Assembly (NCBI GenBank): GCA_045863335.1
Contig: BTVY01000018.1
Location: forward strand, 1 to 64,000
DNA: 64,000 nt
Direction of reading: 5' to 3'
From: Candidatus Hydrogenedentota bacterium
GTDB taxonomy: Bacteria > Hydrogenedentota > Hydrogenedentia > Hydrogenedentales > SLHB01
The notes below the pieces were generated by a model. It searched no databases. It was not told the DNA's origin and saw only the letters and a list, made by a program, of their open reading frames with translations. Position numbers and translations under genes: made by a program. Shown here one piece after another: positions 37,249-46,786 of this stretch; positions within the stretch are counted from its first letter, which is position 1; every line of letters begins with the position of its first letter.

Positions 37249-37701
37249 TCAACTGCCGTCGAAGGACCGCAAGCGCTCTTTGAGTAGTTGCGTGCGTTCG
37301 TGCAATGCCGCGATCAGTTTGTAGCGCTGCTCGTTGCCGGACTCCTGCGCTTCGGCCGCTGCGGTTTCCAGCGAACCCAGGATCGTGTCCAATTGTTCGT
37401 TCATCATCTCGGCCAGTTGCCGCTTGGTAGGAACGCGTGTCTCCAACATTACCGATGTTCCCATGGAGATTCCGGCTTCTTCGAGCGCCTTTGCGCCCTC
37501 GGAATCGGCGGCCAATCCGATCGGGTCCAGCACGGTGAACAACTCGTGCTTTCGCAGGAAGGCGACGAGATCCCGCTCCGATACCTCCGCAAATTCGGCA
37601 TCGCGGTGAAGGTAGCGAAGCAGTTGCGACACGGGAATCACCGGCCGCGATACCTGCATCAAGTATGCGAGGCATTTCTGTTCGATGGCTTCAAGATTCA
37701 T
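37249..37701 (-). CDS. Hypothetical protein
   Basis: 150-aa ORF starting 7 bp after the GH38 stop, with natural helical composition. Confidence 0.65.
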   Translation of the reverse strand: MNLEAIEQKCLAYLMQVSRPVIPVSQLLRYLHRDAEFAEVSERDLVAFLRKHELFTVLDPIGLAADSEGAKALEEAGISMGTSVMLETRVPTKRQLAEMMNEQLDTILGSLETAAAEAQESGNEQRYKLIAALHERTQLLKERLRSFDGS

Positions 37702-37707
37702 GGCGCT

Positions 37708-40149
37708 TCATTTAACCGGCTCTTCCAGCAGATTCGTTTCCATCACTTTGCCGGACGTTCGTGCGACGCGCAGGGTTTTGATCTCGTGCGCGCCGAAGTT
37801 GATGCCGACAGGTTTCTTCAGTCCCGGCACGGCGATTGACGCATTGGTCTTCTTGCCGGAGGTCTCGTATCCGCGAACAACGACAGAATCGTCGTCTTCG
37901 CTCTTTTTCAATACATTTAACACCACGTTGTCCGCGTCCGCCGACAATCCCGAGAACGATGCGGGCATCGTGCCGGGATGCGCGGATTCGACGTGCACGA
38001 CACACGGCTCGTTCAATGCCCAGGCCTTCTGCACGACCCCGGCCTTTTGCCAGCTACCCGCGTGCGGAACAAGGCGAACGCGGATTGTGTGCCAGCCCTG
38101 ATCCATGATCGCGAAGGGCTGAGAGGCATCGTACCGCGCGGGATCGTGGTGGGCGTAGGCCGCGCTGCGGAGAAGGGTTACGCGCATGGCGCCGTTTAGC
38201 ACATCGAAGCCGTACTTGGAATCGTTGAGCACGGCGAGACCGTACTTCTCACCGCCGATCTCACCGGTCACGTCGAACCACATCTGCCCCGGATTCTCGC
38301 GGCCCTTCGTGTCGCGAACCTGATAACCGTAGGCCGTGTCGTAGGTTGCAGTGCCGTTCACGATACCCGTCTCATACGCGAGCTTGAGCATCGTGTAGCG
38401 TTCCTGCCAGTTGATGCGGAACGTGCAGTCGATGGTGTCCGACTCGCGATAGATCGTGACGAACTGATCGGCAAGGGAATCCCGGAATCGCGATTGGACG
38501 CGTACCGTCGCGCGCACGTCGCCGCATTCCAGCAGCTCCAACTTCGCGTTGCCGAAGCGGCCCGCTTCGGTCCGGTACTCGTCGTAACCGTGTCCCCAGG
38601 TATCCGAAGAATCGACGAGCGCGGCGAGCACGTTGCCCTTGCTCAACACTTCGACTTCGCGCTTGCGGTCGTACAAGCGGCAGAGGTGGCCGTCGTAGGG
38701 GTCGAATTCCAGCCGCCACCATTTGTTCTCGATATAATCGTGGCTGGCTTTGAGTTTCCGGTCTACCTTTACCTTCTTCACGCCGCTTCGCACGTGATAG
38801 CACCGGTAGCCCAGCGCGGGCACTTCGGCTTTGAACGCATAGGCTTCGCTGCCGACCCGTTCGTCCGCCACGACCTGCATGGGAATGGGGTTCCCTTCTC
38901 CGTCCACGATGTGTAACGGCTTGGTCAGCGTGCGCGCGACGATGGGCGGCGCGGTGACCACTTCGGTTACCGGATGCGGCAGCGGGTTGAAGACGACGAC
39001 GGTATTGCCTTCCGCCGACGTGTCGATGTGCCGCGTCAGGACCTGCAACGATTCGTTTGTGATGAACTTGGCCGCGTGTTTGGCGCTGCCCATCTGATCC
39101 CGGCTGTCTTCGTACGACGATTCGATGCTGGTGCCCGCGAGGATGTCGTGGAACTGGTTATACAGGAGATCCTTCCACGCCTTTTCCAACGCCGCCTGGG
39201 GATATGGGTGGTCGAACATAACCCAGGTCAACGTCGCAAGCCGCTCGGCAGTCATGAGGGCGTGTTCAGTTTGCCGGTTCAGCCGCTTGACCTCGGCGTG
39301 GGTCGTATAGCATCCCTGCGCGTGGTGTTGCAGGTCGGTCGATATGACCGGTATATCTTTGTCCTTGGTTGCCGCTGCAAACCCATCGAAATACTCGCGC
39401 AAGGTGGAGAAGATAGCATTCGGGGCTTTCTTGTCCTTCGCCGTTTCGAGGATCTGTTGAATCGCGATCTTGGTCGGCCCGCCGCCATGATTGCCGACAC
39501 CGTAGAAGCCCAGAACATGGGTTTGTCCGGGGTTCAAATGGGGATGCCCTGCAAGGATTTCGATTCGATCCCGCGTATTGGTGTCCGCGCTGTAATCGTC
39601 CTGCAAATTGCACGCGAGCACGCGCGACCCATCCTGGGATTCCCAGTAGAAGGTCGTACCGTCGGGGTAGGCCATTTCCTTGATGGGCATGGGTCGCATG
39701 TAGGCGTAGGTATCGATCCCCATTTTCCGGTAGATCTGCGGAAAGGTGCCGGCATGGCCGAAGCTGTCGGGATTGAAACCGACTGTCGCGCGGATGCCAA
39801 ACTCGCGTTGGAAGAAGCGTTGTCCGTACAAACCTTGCCGCACGAATGACTCGCCGCAGGGGATATTGCAGTCCGGCTCAATCCACCAGCCACCCACGAT
39901 CTCCCAACGGCCCTCGGCAACGCGCTTCCGTATGGCTTCGAACATCTCGGAATCGCAGGATTTCACCCAATTGTAGAAACACGCGCTGCTGGCCGTGAAC
40001 TTAAACTCCGGCGTTTCGTCCATACGATCGAGGGCGCTGCGAAAGGTCGCGCGGACTTCTTCGTAGCCTTCGGTCCACCGCCACAACCAGGTGGGATCGA
40101 TATGGCCATGTCCGACCATGTGGACGGTGATGTGTTTAGAGTCGCTCAA
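37708..40149 (-). CDS. Alpha-mannosidase, glycoside hydrolase family 38
   Basis: HGHIDPTWLW, GGWWIEPD, GES..RQ, PDSFGH, GNHGGGP, NQFHDILAGTS. Confidence 0.93.
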   Translation of the reverse strand: MSDSKHITVHMVGHGHIDPTWLWRWTEGYEEVRATFRSALDRMDETPEFKFTASSACFYNWVKSCDSEMFEAIRKRVAEGRWEIVGGWWIEPDCNIPCGESFVRQGLYGQRFFQREFGIRATVGFNPDSFGHAGTFPQIYRKMGIDTYAYMRPMPIKEMAYPDGTTFYWESQDGSRVLACNLQDDYSADTNTRDRIEILAGHPHLNPGQTHVLGFYGVGNHGGGPTKIAIQQILETAKDKKAPNAIFSTLREYFDGFAAATKDKDIPVISTDLQHHAQGCYTTHAEVKRLNRQTEHALMTAERLATLTWVMFDHPYPQAALEKAWKDLLYNQFHDILAGTSIESSYEDSRDQMGSAKHAAKFITNESLQVLTRHIDTSAEGNTVVVFNPLPHPVTEVVTAPPIVARTLTKPLHIVDGEGNPIPMQVVADERVGSEAYAFKAEVPALGYRCYHVRSGVKKVKVDRKLKASHDYIENKWWRLEFDPYDGHLCRLYDRKREVEVLSKGNVLAALVDSSDTWGHGYDEYRTEAGRFGNAKLELLECGDVRATVRVQSRFRDSLADQFVTIYRESDTIDCTFRINWQERYTMLKLAYETGIVNGTATYDTAYGYQVRDTKGRENPGQMWFDVTGEIGGEKYGLAVLNDSKYGFDVLNGAMRVTLLRSAAYAHHDPARYDASQPFAIMDQGWHTIRVRLVPHAGSWQKAGVVQKAWALNEPCVVHVESAHPGTMPASFSGLSADADNVVLNVLKKSEDDDSVVVRGYETSGKKTNASIAVPGLKKPVGINFGAHEIKTLRVARTSGKVMETNLLEEPVK

Positions 40150-40191
40150 TGAAAGCTCCTTGTTTGCATATTCCGGCCCGCGAGGCCCGCG

Positions 40192-40932
40192 TCAGATTCC
40201 CTTTTCGAGAAACTTCTTGCGTTGTTCCTCGATGAACTCGAGGCCGCTCACGTGAACGCTTCGGAAGATAGAAGGGTTGATTCCCCTGTCCTGCAACTGC
40301 TCGACCGCTTCGGCGTGGATCGCCCAGTATACATAGGTCGCCGCGAGCCCGCTCATGGGGCACATGGGCTCGTTGTCACGCACGGGCACGGCCGCGTCGC
40401 CGAAGGGTCCGCAGGTGTCGATGCAGATGTCGGCGACGTCGAACAATTTCTTACCGCTCGGATGCGCCGCTTCGCAGCGGTCCATCTGCTCGCCAGATGA
40501 GATACCGATGGTCGTAATACCGCGTCCCTTGCATTGGAGCGCCACTTCGATGACGTTCGGCGTCCGGCCCGAATTGGAGTTGATGATTAACACGTCGCCA
40601 TGCCGCATCTTACTCTGGTCCAGCGCCACGCTGGCCAACTGCCGTTCCAATTCCGCCTGCTCTTCGCTAGAGCGCTCCACTTTGCGCTGGTCGACGGGAT
40701 TGTCCAGCTTCAGCTCGTACGAAAACGGGGCAACCGCCATCATGCCGCCCGCGCGGAAGAAGGCTTCATAGCGCAGCATATGACCGGTATCCATGATCAG
40801 CAAGGCGCCCTGGTTGGCCAGGCTTTGCGCGACCGCCCCGGCGGCATCCTTGATCGCCCGCAACTGCGTTTCGCGGATCCGTCGAAACGACTTCTCGACT
40901 TGCTCGAAATACATATCCAGGTACACGGTCAC
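40192..40932 (-). CDS. SIS (sugar isomerase) domain protein
   Basis: DTGH, GDVLIINSNSGRT, HPSGKKLFD.AD..ID..GP.GDA; GTG 40932 overlaps the kinase stop codon (GTGA). Confidence 0.85.
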   Translation of the reverse strand: MTVYLDMYFEQVEKSFRRIRETQLRAIKDAAGAVAQSLANQGALLIMDTGHMLRYEAFFRAGGMMAVAPFSYELKLDNPVDQRKVERSSEEQAELERQLASVALDQSKMRHGDVLIINSNSGRTPNVIEVALQCKGRGITTIGISSGEQMDRCEAAHPSGKKLFDVADICIDTCGPFGDAAVPVRDNEPMCPMSGLAATYVYWAIHAEAVEQLQDRGINPSIFRSVHVSGLEFIEEQRKKFLEKGI

Positions 40933-41846
40933 ATTCCCTTTCTGTAGTCTCGCGACAAGATGCGAATAATCCCCGAGGCCGGTTCGGCTGCTTCGGGATA
41001 CATCGTGAACGCCAACGGGCTCGTCCGCAGCGTACGCTTCAGCGGGTTCAACACCAGCGCTCCCGCGCGAAACACGCCGCCGGTCAACACGAGCGGCACC
41101 GGCCCTTTCTTCACGCGCGCCTTGCGCGTGGTCGTCAGTACCAAATCTCCCAGAGCACGCCCAGCGTGTCGCAGCACCGTTCGCGCAATCGCATCGCCGT
41201 CGCGCGCGCACGCGATCACTTCGGGAACGCAGGCCGCCACGCGTGGACCGGGGACGTGCCCGCTGCGATCGCACAGACGCAAGACGTGCCACATGCGCTC
41301 TAATTCGTAGAACGCCCGCAATCGTTCAAGCAGAACCGTCGGAGGTCCTTGGGACGTCTCGGCGCGCATGGCCGCCGCGATGGCTTCTTTCCCAATCCAG
41401 TAGCCGCTGCCCTCATCGCCGAATTGCGGTCCGAGTCCGCCGCAGATCACCGTGACGCCGTCCCGCGTGAGGAACCGGCAACTGGAGCCCGTTCCCGCGA
41501 CGAGAGAGATTCCCCAGCTCAGGTCGTACAGCGCGAGCGCGATGTCGGCTTCGCTGAGCCACGCGAGCTGGACATCGCCGAAGGCCTCGCGAATCAGCGA
41601 CTCCACCAGGGCCTGATCCATTGGCGCGGCCAGACCCGCACATACGACCGTTCCGCCCGACTTGTCCGCCGTTCGTCGAAGCCGCTTCAGCAAACTTCGA
41701 ATAGTGGTTGCGTACTTCTTGGGATCGATATACAACGCGCTCGACGAACCGCCGGTCTCGGTCTGGAGGATCGTGCCGCCCGTCTCGGCCAGGATGATGC
41801 GGGTCTTGGTGCCGCCGCCTTCGAAGGCGAGAAGAAGCTCTTTCAT
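40929..41846 (-). CDS. BadF/BadG/BcrA/BcrD-type sugar (GlcNAc-like) kinase
   Basis: EGGGTKT, AGTGS, GG.G...GDEGSGYWIG, LTGGVF. Confidence 0.88.
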   Translation of the reverse strand: MKELLLAFEGGGTKTRIILAETGGTILQTETGGSSSALYIDPKKYATTIRSLLKRLRRTADKSGGTVVCAGLAAPMDQALVESLIREAFGDVQLAWLSEADIALALYDLSWGISLVAGTGSSCRFLTRDGVTVICGGLGPQFGDEGSGYWIGKEAIAAAMRAETSQGPPTVLLERLRAFYELERMWHVLRLCDRSGHVPGPRVAACVPEVIACARDGDAIARTVLRHAGRALGDLVLTTTRKARVKKGPVPLVLTGGVFRAGALVLNPLKRTLRTSPLAFTMYPEAAEPASGIIRILSRDYRKGM

Positions 41847-42001
41847 GGCGGAGACCAGCCCTGGGTTGCGCGGATAGATTCAAAGTTCGGCGCGAATTGT
41901 AGGCAAGTATGATTGAGAATTCAAAGACGGTGTTGTGCGGCGAATCGCGGTCGAGAACGCTCGCGAATTCAACGTTTAGCCGACTTCGCAGGTTCTGTCC
42001 A

Positions 42002-42037
42002 GTCCCATACGTCCTATTCGTCGTATAGGTCCTATCG
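42002..42037 (-). repeat. Degenerate 9-mer tandem repeat (4 units, about CTATAGGAC)
   Basis: Minus strand reads cgataggac ctatacgac gaataggac gtatgggac, just after the OMF stop codon. Confidence 0.6.
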
Positions 42038-42042
42038 GTTCT

Positions 42043-43641
42043 TCATGGAGTGGTTGCCGCTTCCTCGGCGGTCTCCCAGCCGCCGCCGAGGGCCTTGTAC
42101 AGCGCGATGAGATCGGTGAGGACAAAGCTCTCGCTGCGGACCAGTTCGTCCTCGGAAAGGAAGAGTTGCTGCTGGGCCTGGAGCACGTTGAGGAAGCCTT
42201 CGAGGCCGCGGACGTAGCGCTCGTTCGCGAGCCGGACAGCTTCGCGGTTAGCGGCGACCGACGCTTCCAACGATTCGCGGCGTACCTGTTCCTGAGCGAA
42301 GGAAACGAGACTGTTTTCCACTTCTTCAAGCGCGAGTAGAATGTCTTGCTCGTATCCAATGAGCGCTTGTTCCTGCCGCGCCCGCTCCACTTCGATGTTC
42401 GATCGGATGCGTCCCCCCTGGAACAAAGGTAACTCGACGCTCGGTCCGAACGACCAGATTTGGTTCGCCCCGCTGAGAATGCTTCCGAGACTGTCGCTTG
42501 CGCCGCCGAAGGCGCCGGTGAGGTAGAACTTGGGATAGAGGTCCGCGACGGCCACGCCGATGCGCGCGGTTGCCGCGGCGAGTTCGCGCTCGGCCTGTCG
42601 GATGTCGGGCCGGCGCCGCAGAAGGTCTGACGGGAGTCCCACGGGCACTTCGTCGGGCGCATCCGGCATGGCTTCCGGTTCGCTCAGTTCGACTTTCAGC
42701 GCGCCGGGGTCTTCGCCGAGCAGCACGGCGAGCCGGTGCATGGACGCGGCAATCTGGGTGTCCAGCAGCGGAATCTGAGACTGCGTGCTCGCCAATTGCG
42801 CTTCGGCGCGCACCACGTCCAATTCGCTGGTCAGTCCCGCATCGAACCGGGCCCGGGTTATATCGACCGTATTCGCTTGCGCATCGATATTCTTGTTGGT
42901 AATTTCGAGCCGCCGTTGCGCAGCGCGAAGCTCGATGTAGTTTCGGGCAATCTCCGACACCAGCGACACGACCACGTCGCGACGAAATTCCTCGGTGGCC
43001 TCGATCGTGGCGTCGGCCGCTTCCACGGCGCGCCGGTTGCCGCCGAACACATCGAGTTCCCAGCGGGCGTCGAAGCCGGCCTGAAACAGGTCCAACTGTC
43101 GGTCCGGGGCTTCCGCGCCACCGCCCGGGGTCAAGGTTCCGCTGGTGGTTTTCGTCGGTTCATTGCCCGAACCGTCGTTGGTCACGGACCGCGTGATGGA
43201 ACCGTTCTGCCCGCGCAAGGTTAGACTGCGGGTCAAACCCTGGGGGCCTTTGCTAAGCCCGGCGGAAAGAGGCGACCCCGTGTCCGGGATGTCCGGCTCG
43301 GCGATTTGACTGCGCGTGTAGGAGCCGGAGACGCCGAGGTTCGGCCACAAGGGCGACGCGGCAACCCCGCGCGCGGCGCGTGCTTCACGGACCCGCGCTT
43401 CCGCAATGGCCAAGTCGAGATTGGAGACAACGCCCCGCTCGACCAGCGTATTCAACATTGGATCGTCAAGCGTGGTCCACCAGTCGGTAACCGCGAATGG
43501 TTCATCCGAAGTTCCACCCGCGCGAGGCGACGACCACGCGTCGGGAGGATCGACATCGGGCCGCGTATAGTCCGGACCCGTCATGCAACCGGCGATCAGT
43601 ATCGCCAATAGGAGGACAATTAAAGTCGTCGATTTAGGCAT
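42043..43641 (-). CDS. RND efflux outer-membrane factor lipoprotein (NodT/OprM family)
   Basis: IAGC lipobox, WW..L.DP.L, WELDVFG, GLPSDLLRRRPDI, LYKALGGGW. Confidence 0.95.
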   Translation of the reverse strand: MPKSTTLIVLLLAILIAGCMTGPDYTRPDVDPPDAWSSPRAGGTSDEPFAVTDWWTTLDDPMLNTLVERGVVSNLDLAIAEARVREARAARGVAASPLWPNLGVSGSYTRSQIAEPDIPDTGSPLSAGLSKGPQGLTRSLTLRGQNGSITRSVTNDGSGNEPTKTTSGTLTPGGGAEAPDRQLDLFQAGFDARWELDVFGGNRRAVEAADATIEATEEFRRDVVVSLVSEIARNYIELRAAQRRLEITNKNIDAQANTVDITRARFDAGLTSELDVVRAEAQLASTQSQIPLLDTQIAASMHRLAVLLGEDPGALKVELSEPEAMPDAPDEVPVGLPSDLLRRRPDIRQAERELAAATARIGVAVADLYPKFYLTGAFGGASDSLGSILSGANQIWSFGPSVELPLFQGGRIRSNIEVERARQEQALIGYEQDILLALEEVENSLVSFAQEQVRRESLEASVAANREAVRLANERYVRGLEGFLNVLQAQQQLFLSEDELVRSESFVLTDLIALYKALGGGWETAEEAATTP

Positions 43642-46600
43642 GTTCGGAATCTCCCGAGTTCGCCTTCTTCTTTTTCCATGGACGGAACTCGCTGATACCT
43701 TGGATGATCACGAAGAACAGAGGAACAAACACCACGGCCAGGAATGTGGCCGCCAGCATCCCGCCCATGACACCGGTGCCGATCGAATGACGGCCGCCGG
43801 CGCCGGCGCCCTCGCTGAAGACGAGGGGCAACACGCCCAGGATGAAGGCGAGGGACGTCATGACAATCGGTCGTAGGCGTAAACGAGCGGCCTCCACGGC
43901 AGACTCCACGATGCCGTGGCCGGCTTCGCGTTGCGCGGAACAGAATTCTACGATGAGAATTGCGTTCTTCGCCGCAAGACCCACGAGTGTCAGCAGTCCG
44001 ATCTGGAAGTAGATGTCGCGTTCGATACCGCGAATGTATACCGCCAATACCGCGCCGAATACACCAAAAGGCACTGCGAGCAATACGGCGAAGGGCAACG
44101 ACCATTTCTCGTACTGAGCCGCCAACACGAGAAACACAATGAGCAGGCCGAATGCGATGACGTACGGCGCCTGGTTGCCCGCTTTGACCTCCTGGTACGA
44201 TACGCCGCTCCAGTCAAAGTCGTATCCCGCGGGCAATACTTCATCGGCCACCTCGCGCAGGCGCGTCATGGCTTGCCCGGTGCTGAACCCGGGGGCGGGC
44301 GCCCCGGTCACTTGCACCGCGGGAAAGCTGTTGAAGCGGCTGACCACATTGGGCCCCGACTGAAATCGCACGTCCAGGACTCCCGAAAGCTCCACCATGT
44401 CGCCCGCGGCATTGCGCACGAATATCTTGGTGATATCGTCCGGGCGGTCGCGAAACTCCGGCTCCGCCTGAAGCTGCACCCGGTAGATGCGGCCGTACTT
44501 GTTGAAGTCGTTCACATACAACGCGCCAAGATACGCCTGCAAGCTGCTGAAAATATCGTTGATGGGCAGCCCCATGGCCTTTGCGCGCGTGCGATCCAGG
44601 TCCACATACAGTTGAGGCTGGTTCACGTTCAACACGCCGGACACGCCGACGAACATGGGGTCTTGATTGAGCGCCCCGAGGAAATCGTTGGTAACCTGCG
44701 CGAGCTTGCGCACGTCGCTGATGCCCCGGCTTTCCAATTGCAGTTCAAAACCGGCTCGCAATCCCAATCCCCGTACCGCAGGCGGATTGAAGGCGATGAC
44801 TAAAGCTTCTTTCATGCCCGCGAACCGGCCGAACACGCGGCCCACGAGGGCGTTGACGTGCTTATCGGGCGTCCGCCGCTCCGACCAGTTCTTGAGATTG
44901 ATGAACATGGCGCCGGCGCTGGTGCTTGCCGACCGCCCCGCGAGGAAGTCTTGGCCTCCGAGCGTCACGACCCGCTGGACCTCCGGCTGCGCCAAGAGGA
45001 AGTCCTCGACTTCGGCCATGACCTCGCTGGTCCGTTGCAGCGACGCACCCTGCGGCAACGAGACAGCGACCATGAAGTAGCCCTGGTCCTCCTGGGGGAT
45101 GAAGCCGCTGGGAACCCGTTCGAAAAGATCGTATGTGGCCCACAGCAGTACGCCAAAGACGAGGACCGACACGACCCCCAGCTTGATCGCCAGGCGCACG
45201 GTGCGCGTGTACAGATTGGTCCCCGCGAGAAAGAAGCGATCGAACCACCGGAAGAAGAACATCTTTTCGTGCTGGCGCTTCAGCAACAGGCGGCAGAGGG
45301 CGGGGCTGAGCGTCAGTGCAATCAATCCGGAGATGGCGACCGAAATGGAGATGGTGATCGCGAACTGCTGGTACATGACGCCGGTCAGTCCGCCCAAGAA
45401 CGCCACGGGAAGGTAAACGGCGCACAATACCAGCACGATGGCGATGACGGGTCCGGTGACCTGATTCATCGCCTTGATCGTCGCATCGCGGACAGCGAGC
45501 CCCTCTTCATGCATGATGCGCTCGACGTTTTCCACAACCACGATGGCGTCGTCCACGACGATCCCAATGGCGAGCACAAGGCCGAACAACGTCAATGAGT
45601 TGATCGAGAAGCCGAAGATCAGCATCCCCGTGAAGGTCCCGATGATGGCAACCGGTACCGCAAGCAGAGGAATAATCGTGGCGCGCCAGCTTCCCAGAAA
45701 CACGAACACAACGGCGATCACCAACAAGACCGCTTCGAAGAACGTCTTCCCGACTTCCTTAATAGAAACTTCGATGAAGTCCGTGGTGTTGAAGGGAACG
45801 TCGTAGCTGACGCCTTCCGGAAAGCCGGACTCGAGCCCTTCCAGGGCCTGCTCCAACCCTTGCATCGCGCTCAAGGCGTTTGCTTCCGGTTGCAGAAACG
45901 CCAGAATGAAGGTGGTCGGTTTTCCATTCAAACGGCCGAACGCGTCGTACCCGAGCGATCCCAGTTCCACCCGGCCCACGTCGCGGATGCGAAGGATGGA
46001 GCCGTCCGGTTCCGCGCGGAGGATGATGTCCTCAAACTGATCGGGTTCGTCGAGGCGTCCGCGCGTGATGACGGGGATGGTGAACTCGACCCCGTCGGGC
46101 GACGGCGCCGCACCGATACGCCCGGCGGCGTAAAGCCCGTTCTGTTCGCGCACGGCGGCCGCCACGTCGGTCACGGTGAGGCCCTTGGCGGCCAGCTTGT
46201 CTGGATTCAACCAGATGCGCATGGAATAATCTTTGGCCCCGAATACCGCGATGTCGCCGATACCCGGCACGCGCTTGAGCGTGTCGATCATGTAGATCGT
46301 CGCGTAGTTACTCAGGTAGATATCGTCGTACTGGGGGTCGTCTGAATTCAGTGCGATCACGGAAAGGATGTTGTTTGATCGCTTTACTACGGAGATCCCC
46401 TGCCGGATGACTTCCTGCGGCAATCGTGGTTCGGCGCGCTTGAGCCGGTTCTGGACTTCTACCGCGGCGATGTCGAGGTCGGAGCCGATTTCGAAGGTAC
46501 AGGTGACCGACAACCCGCCGTCGTTGGCGCTCTGTGACTGGTAGTAGAGCAGGTTTTCAATGCCGCTCAACTCTTGCTCGATCGGCGCCGCTAGCGATTC

Positions 46601-46777
46601 CGCCACCGTCTCCGCATTGGCGCCGGGGTAGTGAGCCGTGATGTCCACGGTGGGCGGCGTGATTTCCGGCGATTGTTCCACGGGGAGAAAGTACATGGAC
46701 CCCAGGCCGCACAGGGCAATAATGATCGAGATCACGGATGCGAAGACCGGCCGGTCGATAAAGAATCGTGAGAGCAT
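43634..46777 (-). CDS. RND efflux permease (HAE1/AcrB family)
   Basis: FFIDRPVFA, GIVVDDAIVVVENVER, KNAILIVEF, RLRPIVMTSLAF; 1047 aa. Confidence 0.97.
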   Translation of the reverse strand: MLSRFFIDRPVFASVISIIIALCGLGSMYFLPVEQSPEITPPTVDITAHYPGANAETVAESLAAPIEQELSGIENLLYYQSQSANDGGLSVTCTFEIGSDLDIAAVEVQNRLKRAEPRLPQEVIRQGISVVKRSNNILSVIALNSDDPQYDDIYLSNYATIYMIDTLKRVPGIGDIAVFGAKDYSMRIWLNPDKLAAKGLTVTDVAAAVREQNGLYAAGRIGAAPSPDGVEFTIPVITRGRLDEPDQFEDIILRAEPDGSILRIRDVGRVELGSLGYDAFGRLNGKPTTFILAFLQPEANALSAMQGLEQALEGLESGFPEGVSYDVPFNTTDFIEVSIKEVGKTFFEAVLLVIAVVFVFLGSWRATIIPLLAVPVAIIGTFTGMLIFGFSINSLTLFGLVLAIGIVVDDAIVVVENVERIMHEEGLAVRDATIKAMNQVTGPVIAIVLVLCAVYLPVAFLGGLTGVMYQQFAITISISVAISGLIALTLSPALCRLLLKRQHEKMFFFRWFDRFFLAGTNLYTRTVRLAIKLGVVSVLVFGVLLWATYDLFERVPSGFIPQEDQGYFMVAVSLPQGASLQRTSEVMAEVEDFLLAQPEVQRVVTLGGQDFLAGRSASTSAGAMFINLKNWSERRTPDKHVNALVGRVFGRFAGMKEALVIAFNPPAVRGLGLRAGFELQLESRGISDVRKLAQVTNDFLGALNQDPMFVGVSGVLNVNQPQLYVDLDRTRAKAMGLPINDIFSSLQAYLGALYVNDFNKYGRIYRVQLQAEPEFRDRPDDITKIFVRNAAGDMVELSGVLDVRFQSGPNVVSRFNSFPAVQVTGAPAPGFSTGQAMTRLREVADEVLPAGYDFDWSGVSYQEVKAGNQAPYVIAFGLLIVFLVLAAQYEKWSLPFAVLLAVPFGVFGAVLAVYIRGIERDIYFQIGLLTLVGLAAKNAILIVEFCSAQREAGHGIVESAVEAARLRLRPIVMTSLAFILGVLPLVFSEGAGAGGRHSIGTGVMGGMLAATFLAVVFVPLFFVIIQGISEFRPWKKKKANSGDSEHA

Positions 46778-46786
46778 AGTCGTGTC

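Noticed and set aside
40933-41292. N-terminal 120 aa of the 366-aa SIS ORF
   Set aside because: It overlaps the kinase gene in another frame and is Arg-rich junk; the real start is GTG 40932.
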